Positions 60,693 through 64,000 of a stretch of DNA of 64,000 bases are shown piece after piece. Made by a program: the position numbers and the translations under genes. The stretch is taken from assembly GCA_963692865.2 (NCBI GenBank), contig OY843592.1:1600001-1664000 (forward strand), written 5' to 3'. The notes under the pieces were generated by a model, which searched no databases, was not told where the DNA came from, and worked only from the letters and a program-made list of their open reading frames with translations. The number at the start of each line of letters is the position of its first letter. Position 1 is the first letter of the stretch. This DNA is from a bacterium. Lineage in GTDB: Bacteria > UBA8248.

Positions 60693-62981
60693 CTAACCGC
60701 CGCTCAGCATCGACGGCAGGCGGGATTTCGGGGGGCAATGCTCGGAGGGCTCCGTCCCCTCCACGAAGGCTTCCGTTATCGGTTCGCCCTCACACCAGGC
60801 GGAGGGCAGGTGGCCGGAGCGGGAATCCACGTTCACCAGGGCGACCCCCGGCGGCGGTTCGGGCGTGCGGACTTCGGTTTCCCCGCCTTCGAGCAGGCCT
60901 TTCATCACTTCGATCCAGATGGGCAGGGCCGCGCCTCCGCCCGAAGCCCGGTAGCCCATGTGCTTGTTGTCGTCGCGGCCCACCCAGACCCCCAGGACGA
61001 GGTCTTCGGAGAAGCCGATGAACCAGGCGTCGCGGTATTCGTTCGTCGTGCCCGTTTTCCCGGCCAGAAATGAGCCGATCTCCCCGGCTTTTTTGCCGGT
61101 TCCGCGCGTGACGACGCCGCGCAGCAGCATTTTCACCTGGTAGGCCGTCTCGGGCGCGATGGCGAGGTGCGTCGTGGGAATGTTTTCCTCCAGCACCCGG
61201 TTTCTCCCGTCGGTGACCTTCGTGATCTCGTAGGGCCGCGCGTATATGCCCCCCGAGGCGAACGGAATGTAGGAGGCCGTGAACTGGTACGGCGTCACCT
61301 CGATGGAGCCGAGCGCAAGCGAAAGATACGGGTTCATTTTCGTGCGGATGCCGAGCCGGTGCGCGAACGTAATCGCTTTTTCCGGCCCCATCTGGTCCAG
61401 CAGCTTGATGGTGGCCAGGTTGAGGGAAGACTCCAGTGCCCTTCTCATGGTGACGGGGCCGTAGAACTTGTTGGTGTAGTTTCTGGGTTTCCAGGCCCTC
61501 GGCGTGCCCGGCATCCGGCGGACGAAGGGGGTATCCATGAGAATGTGGACGGGCGTGTAGCCCTGAGACAGGGCTGTCCCCATGATGATGGGCTTGAATG
61601 CCGAACCCGGCTGGCGCCGCGCCTGCGTGGCGCGGTTGAACGGGAAGCGGCGGAAGTTGGTTCCGCCCGCCAGGGCGCGAAGCGCCCCGGTCCCGGCGTC
61701 GAACGCGATCACGGCGCCCTGCACGGTCTCCTGCCATTCCAGGAAGAGCTTTTTCGAGGCCCGATCCACCCTGATCACGCGCCCCAGGAGCAGGTCGCCT
61801 TCCCGGAGTCTTTGGGGGTCGATGCGTTCGGGAAGAAGCATCTCCGCCTCGTAGTCTCCGACGATTCCGCCAATCGTCTTCCCCGTGATGTCGAGAACGT
61901 GGAACTGGAACCCGTCCCCCAGGCGCGGCGGCCTCCGCATTTTTGTTCCGGGAAGCATGAACCTGCGTCTTTCGTTTATTTTCCCGATGCCGTCGATGAG
62001 CGCCCGGTGAGCGATTTTCTGCAAGTCGATATCGACGGTCGTATGAATTTGAAGGCCGCTCTTGTAAAGGGATCGTCCGAACCTGCGGCTGAGGTCGAGG
62101 CGGGTTTTTTCGATGAAGTAGGCGGCTTCCGGTACGATACTGGCCGTCTTGGGGGCCAGTCGGATCGGCTCTTCGCGAGCGGTTTTCTCCTGCTCCCCGG
62201 TAATGAACCCCGAAGCCCGCATTCTTTTGATGACCAGGTTTCGCCGGTTCATCGCGCTGTCGGGATTTATCCTGGGGTTGAACCGCGTCGGGGCCTTGGG
62301 CAGTCCCGCAATCATGGCGGATTCGGCCAGGGTGAGTTGGGCGGCCGTTTTCCCGAAATAGATCCGGGCCGCCGCCTGCACCCCGTACGCCCCGCTGCCG
62401 AGATATATCTGATTCAGATAGAATTCGAGTATCTCGTCTTTCGTGAAGCGCCGCTCGATCTCGAGGGCGAGAAACGCTTCCCGGATTTTGCGCTTGAGTT
62501 TCCTCTCGGGCGTCAAAAAGAGGACTTTCGCCAGTTGCTGGGTGATGGTGCTGCCCCCCTGCACGAATTGGCCCGCCCGCAGGTTCTTGATGAACGCCCG
62601 GGCGATATCCGGATAGCTCACGCCCGGGTGGTCGTAGAATCGGCTGTCTTCTATGGCGAGAAACGCTTGCTGCAGCGTGGCGGGGATTTGTTTCAGGGGT
62701 ATGGGGCTTCTTCTTTCCTGGTACAATTCGGCGAGGAGTTCGCCCCCCCGGGCGTAGATGCGCGTGATGGAGTTGGGTTTGTAGTTTTGGAGCCGCTCGA
62801 GCTCGGGAAAATCGTATAGATAACCGAGGCTCGCGCCGACACCCAGTCCGCAGACAACGGCCAGGGCGCCCAGCGTGAGAAGGACTGTTTTTCCATGTCC
62901 GGAACGGGGCAGCAACGGAGCGACCCTCTCGGGGAGACGGATTTTCGAGGCGTTCCTCCGCGTCCGGCGGAGACGCTTCAT
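60693..62981 (-). CDS. Class A penicillin-binding protein (PBP1A family)
   Basis: Glycosyltransferase motifs AIEDSRF, GGSTITQQLAK and RKIRE; transpeptidase motifs SAFK, SLN and KTG. Confidence 0.95.
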   Translation of the reverse strand: MKRLRRTRRNASKIRLPERVAPLLPRSGHGKTVLLTLGALAVVCGLGVGASLGYLYDFPELERLQNYKPNSITRIYARGGELLAELYQERRSPIPLKQIPATLQQAFLAIEDSRFYDHPGVSYPDIARAFIKNLRAGQFVQGGSTITQQLAKVLFLTPERKLKRKIREAFLALEIERRFTKDEILEFYLNQIYLGSGAYGVQAAARIYFGKTAAQLTLAESAMIAGLPKAPTRFNPRINPDSAMNRRNLVIKRMRASGFITGEQEKTAREEPIRLAPKTASIVPEAAYFIEKTRLDLSRRFGRSLYKSGLQIHTTVDIDLQKIAHRALIDGIGKINERRRFMLPGTKMRRPPRLGDGFQFHVLDITGKTIGGIVGDYEAEMLLPERIDPQRLREGDLLLGRVIRVDRASKKLFLEWQETVQGAVIAFDAGTGALRALAGGTNFRRFPFNRATQARRQPGSAFKPIIMGTALSQGYTPVHILMDTPFVRRMPGTPRAWKPRNYTNKFYGPVTMRRALESSLNLATIKLLDQMGPEKAITFAHRLGIRTKMNPYLSLALGSIEVTPYQFTASYIPFASGGIYARPYEITKVTDGRNRVLEENIPTTHLAIAPETAYQVKMLLRGVVTRGTGKKAGEIGSFLAGKTGTTNEYRDAWFIGFSEDLVLGVWVGRDDNKHMGYRASGGGAALPIWIEVMKGLLEGGETEVRTPEPPPGVALVNVDSRSGHLPSAWCEGEPITEAFVEGTEPSEHCPPKSRLPSMLSGG

Positions 62982-63149
62982 TATAAATTCGCGGCGTCGT
63001 TTCCGCAATATCCGAAAAATCCGGATGGCGTCTCGGTTGAATGCAAAGGGGGGTTCCTCGCCTTGCCCGGCGGCACCGTGCCTCACGTCGCCAGGCCAAG
63101 CCATGATTCGGCTCGCTCGTATCGCTGTTCGTTCGGCTCGGCTATAGGA

Positions 63150-63357
63150 TTTATTCCACCGCGCCGCCACTCCGTTTTGCGCGATTTCTTTCCGGCGTTC
63201 GGATGACGGCCTGCTCGTCCGCGCCTTGCCGCCCCTTCCGGGTGATTATCCGGTTTTGGGTTTGGAATTCGGTGACTTCACCCGTTGCGATCTTCGCCGC
63301 CTTGACGGGGCAACTTATCGCGTCCCCGGGTCATTCCCGTCCATCGGGTTCGCTCAT
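63150..63357 (-). pseudogene. Degraded gene for a small basic protein (AKIATGE...GGKAR...ERRKEIA...AARW type)
   Basis: MSEPDGRE*PGDAISCPVKAAKIATGEV in one frame and GRGGKARTSRPSSERRKEIAQNGVAARWNK in another; one in-frame TGA plus one frameshift. Confidence 0.6.
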
Positions 63358-63363
63358 GGCCTT

Positions 63364-63684
63364 TTACCCGCTGGTTCGCTCGATGAGGGCCTTCTGCCCT
63401 TCGATGAGAACCCCGAGCGCGGATGTGCTTTCCCTGAGCGCGGATGTGCCTTCCCTCTGCCCTTCGATGAGAACCCTGAGCGCGGACGTGCTTTCCTTGT
63501 GCCCTTCGATGAGAGCATCGAGCGCAACTCTGCTGTTCCTGATCTCTTCCATGTTCTCTTCGTGGCGCCGAATGCTTTCTTGCTCTCGGCGCTCCGTTCC
63601 TTTTCTCATGGAGTGAATGCCGTAAAATATCAGTCCGAGACCGACGTATTGCCCAAAGATGCTGAGCATTTCATAGGAGGTCAT
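63364..63684 (-). CDS. Small membrane-anchored coiled-coil protein with internal tandem repeats
   Basis: RBS AAGGAG; N-terminal hydrophobic segment; repeated LIEG and TSAL units (21/42-bp DNA repeats). Confidence 0.7.
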   Translation of the reverse strand: MTSYEMLSIFGQYVGLGLIFYGIHSMRKGTERREQESIRRHEENMEEIRNSRVALDALIEGHKESTSALRVLIEGQREGTSALRESTSALGVLIEGQKALIERTSG

Positions 63685-64000
63685 GGCGTCTCCTTTCCGT
63701 AGGCGGCTCCCATTCTCCGCCAAAGTCTCGGGAAGCGTCAAGACGCTTTTTGAGCGCCTGCCTTGATCCGAGTTGTAATTCTCCCAATTTCATCATTCGT
63801 GCCGGGAACCCGCCTTGTCTGTCGGGGCTCTCACTGAATACAACAGCCTTACGCTATGGGACTGTTGTTCGAGACCGAGCGGATGGGAGATCGCGAGGTG
63901 GCGCCTCTTCAACAAGACATGCGCCAACGACCTGAAAACACTCGGGAGGCGACTCGTGATGAGAGGGCCGAATACATATACGAATAAGGCGTATGACACC

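Noticed and set aside
62982-63170. N-terminal extension of the class A PBP (825-aa ORF)
   Set aside because: It begins within the upstream pseudogene; the basic cytoplasmic tail and hydrophobic segment fit a start at 62981.
63793-63999. 68-aa minus-strand ORF at the window edge
   Set aside because: It may be the end of a truncated gene, but has no recognisable motif to support a call.

Overview
GC-rich bacterial chromosomal window. The lineage cannot be determined from the sequence alone; the gene content is compatible with a Nitrospinota/Tectomicrobia/deltaproteobacteria-like organism (inference). 1-11.4 kb: distal S10, spc and alpha ribosomal operon (rplP to rplQ, with secY, adk, map, infA and rpoA). 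11.5-33 kb: accessory metabolism, including alanine dehydrogenase, a GntR/FCD regulator, a class III CoA-transferase, a complete four-subunit Na+-translocating acyl-CoA decarboxylase, an HMG-CoA-lyase-like enzyme, an enolase-superfamily enzyme, hpt, two alcohol dehydrogenases, a cyclase, a HAD hydrolase, a glutamine amidotransferase and CinA. 33.5-40.3 kb: an intact tail-only phage-derived module of eight minus-strand genes with no capsid, terminase, tail tube or integrase. Its two apparent transcription units share a 10-bp direct-repeat motif lying exactly 27 nt from a -10-like hexamer. 41-56 kb: M23 peptidase, gamma-carbonic-anhydrase-like protein, Ppx/GppA, then yceD-rpmF-plsX-fabH-fabD-acpP-fabF-rnc-smc-ftsY. 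56-64 kb: pyruvate carboxylase, a class A PBP, a small pseudogene and a heptad-repeat membrane protein. Eleven intergenic gaps (about 6 kb in total) are filled with mosaic clusters in which GGGGYTGTTGAAAAA inverted-repeat ends package at least four REP-like palindrome families, shuffled and inverted between loci. No transposase, CRISPR array, tRNA or rRNA was seen. All family assignments are from motif recognition, not database searches.
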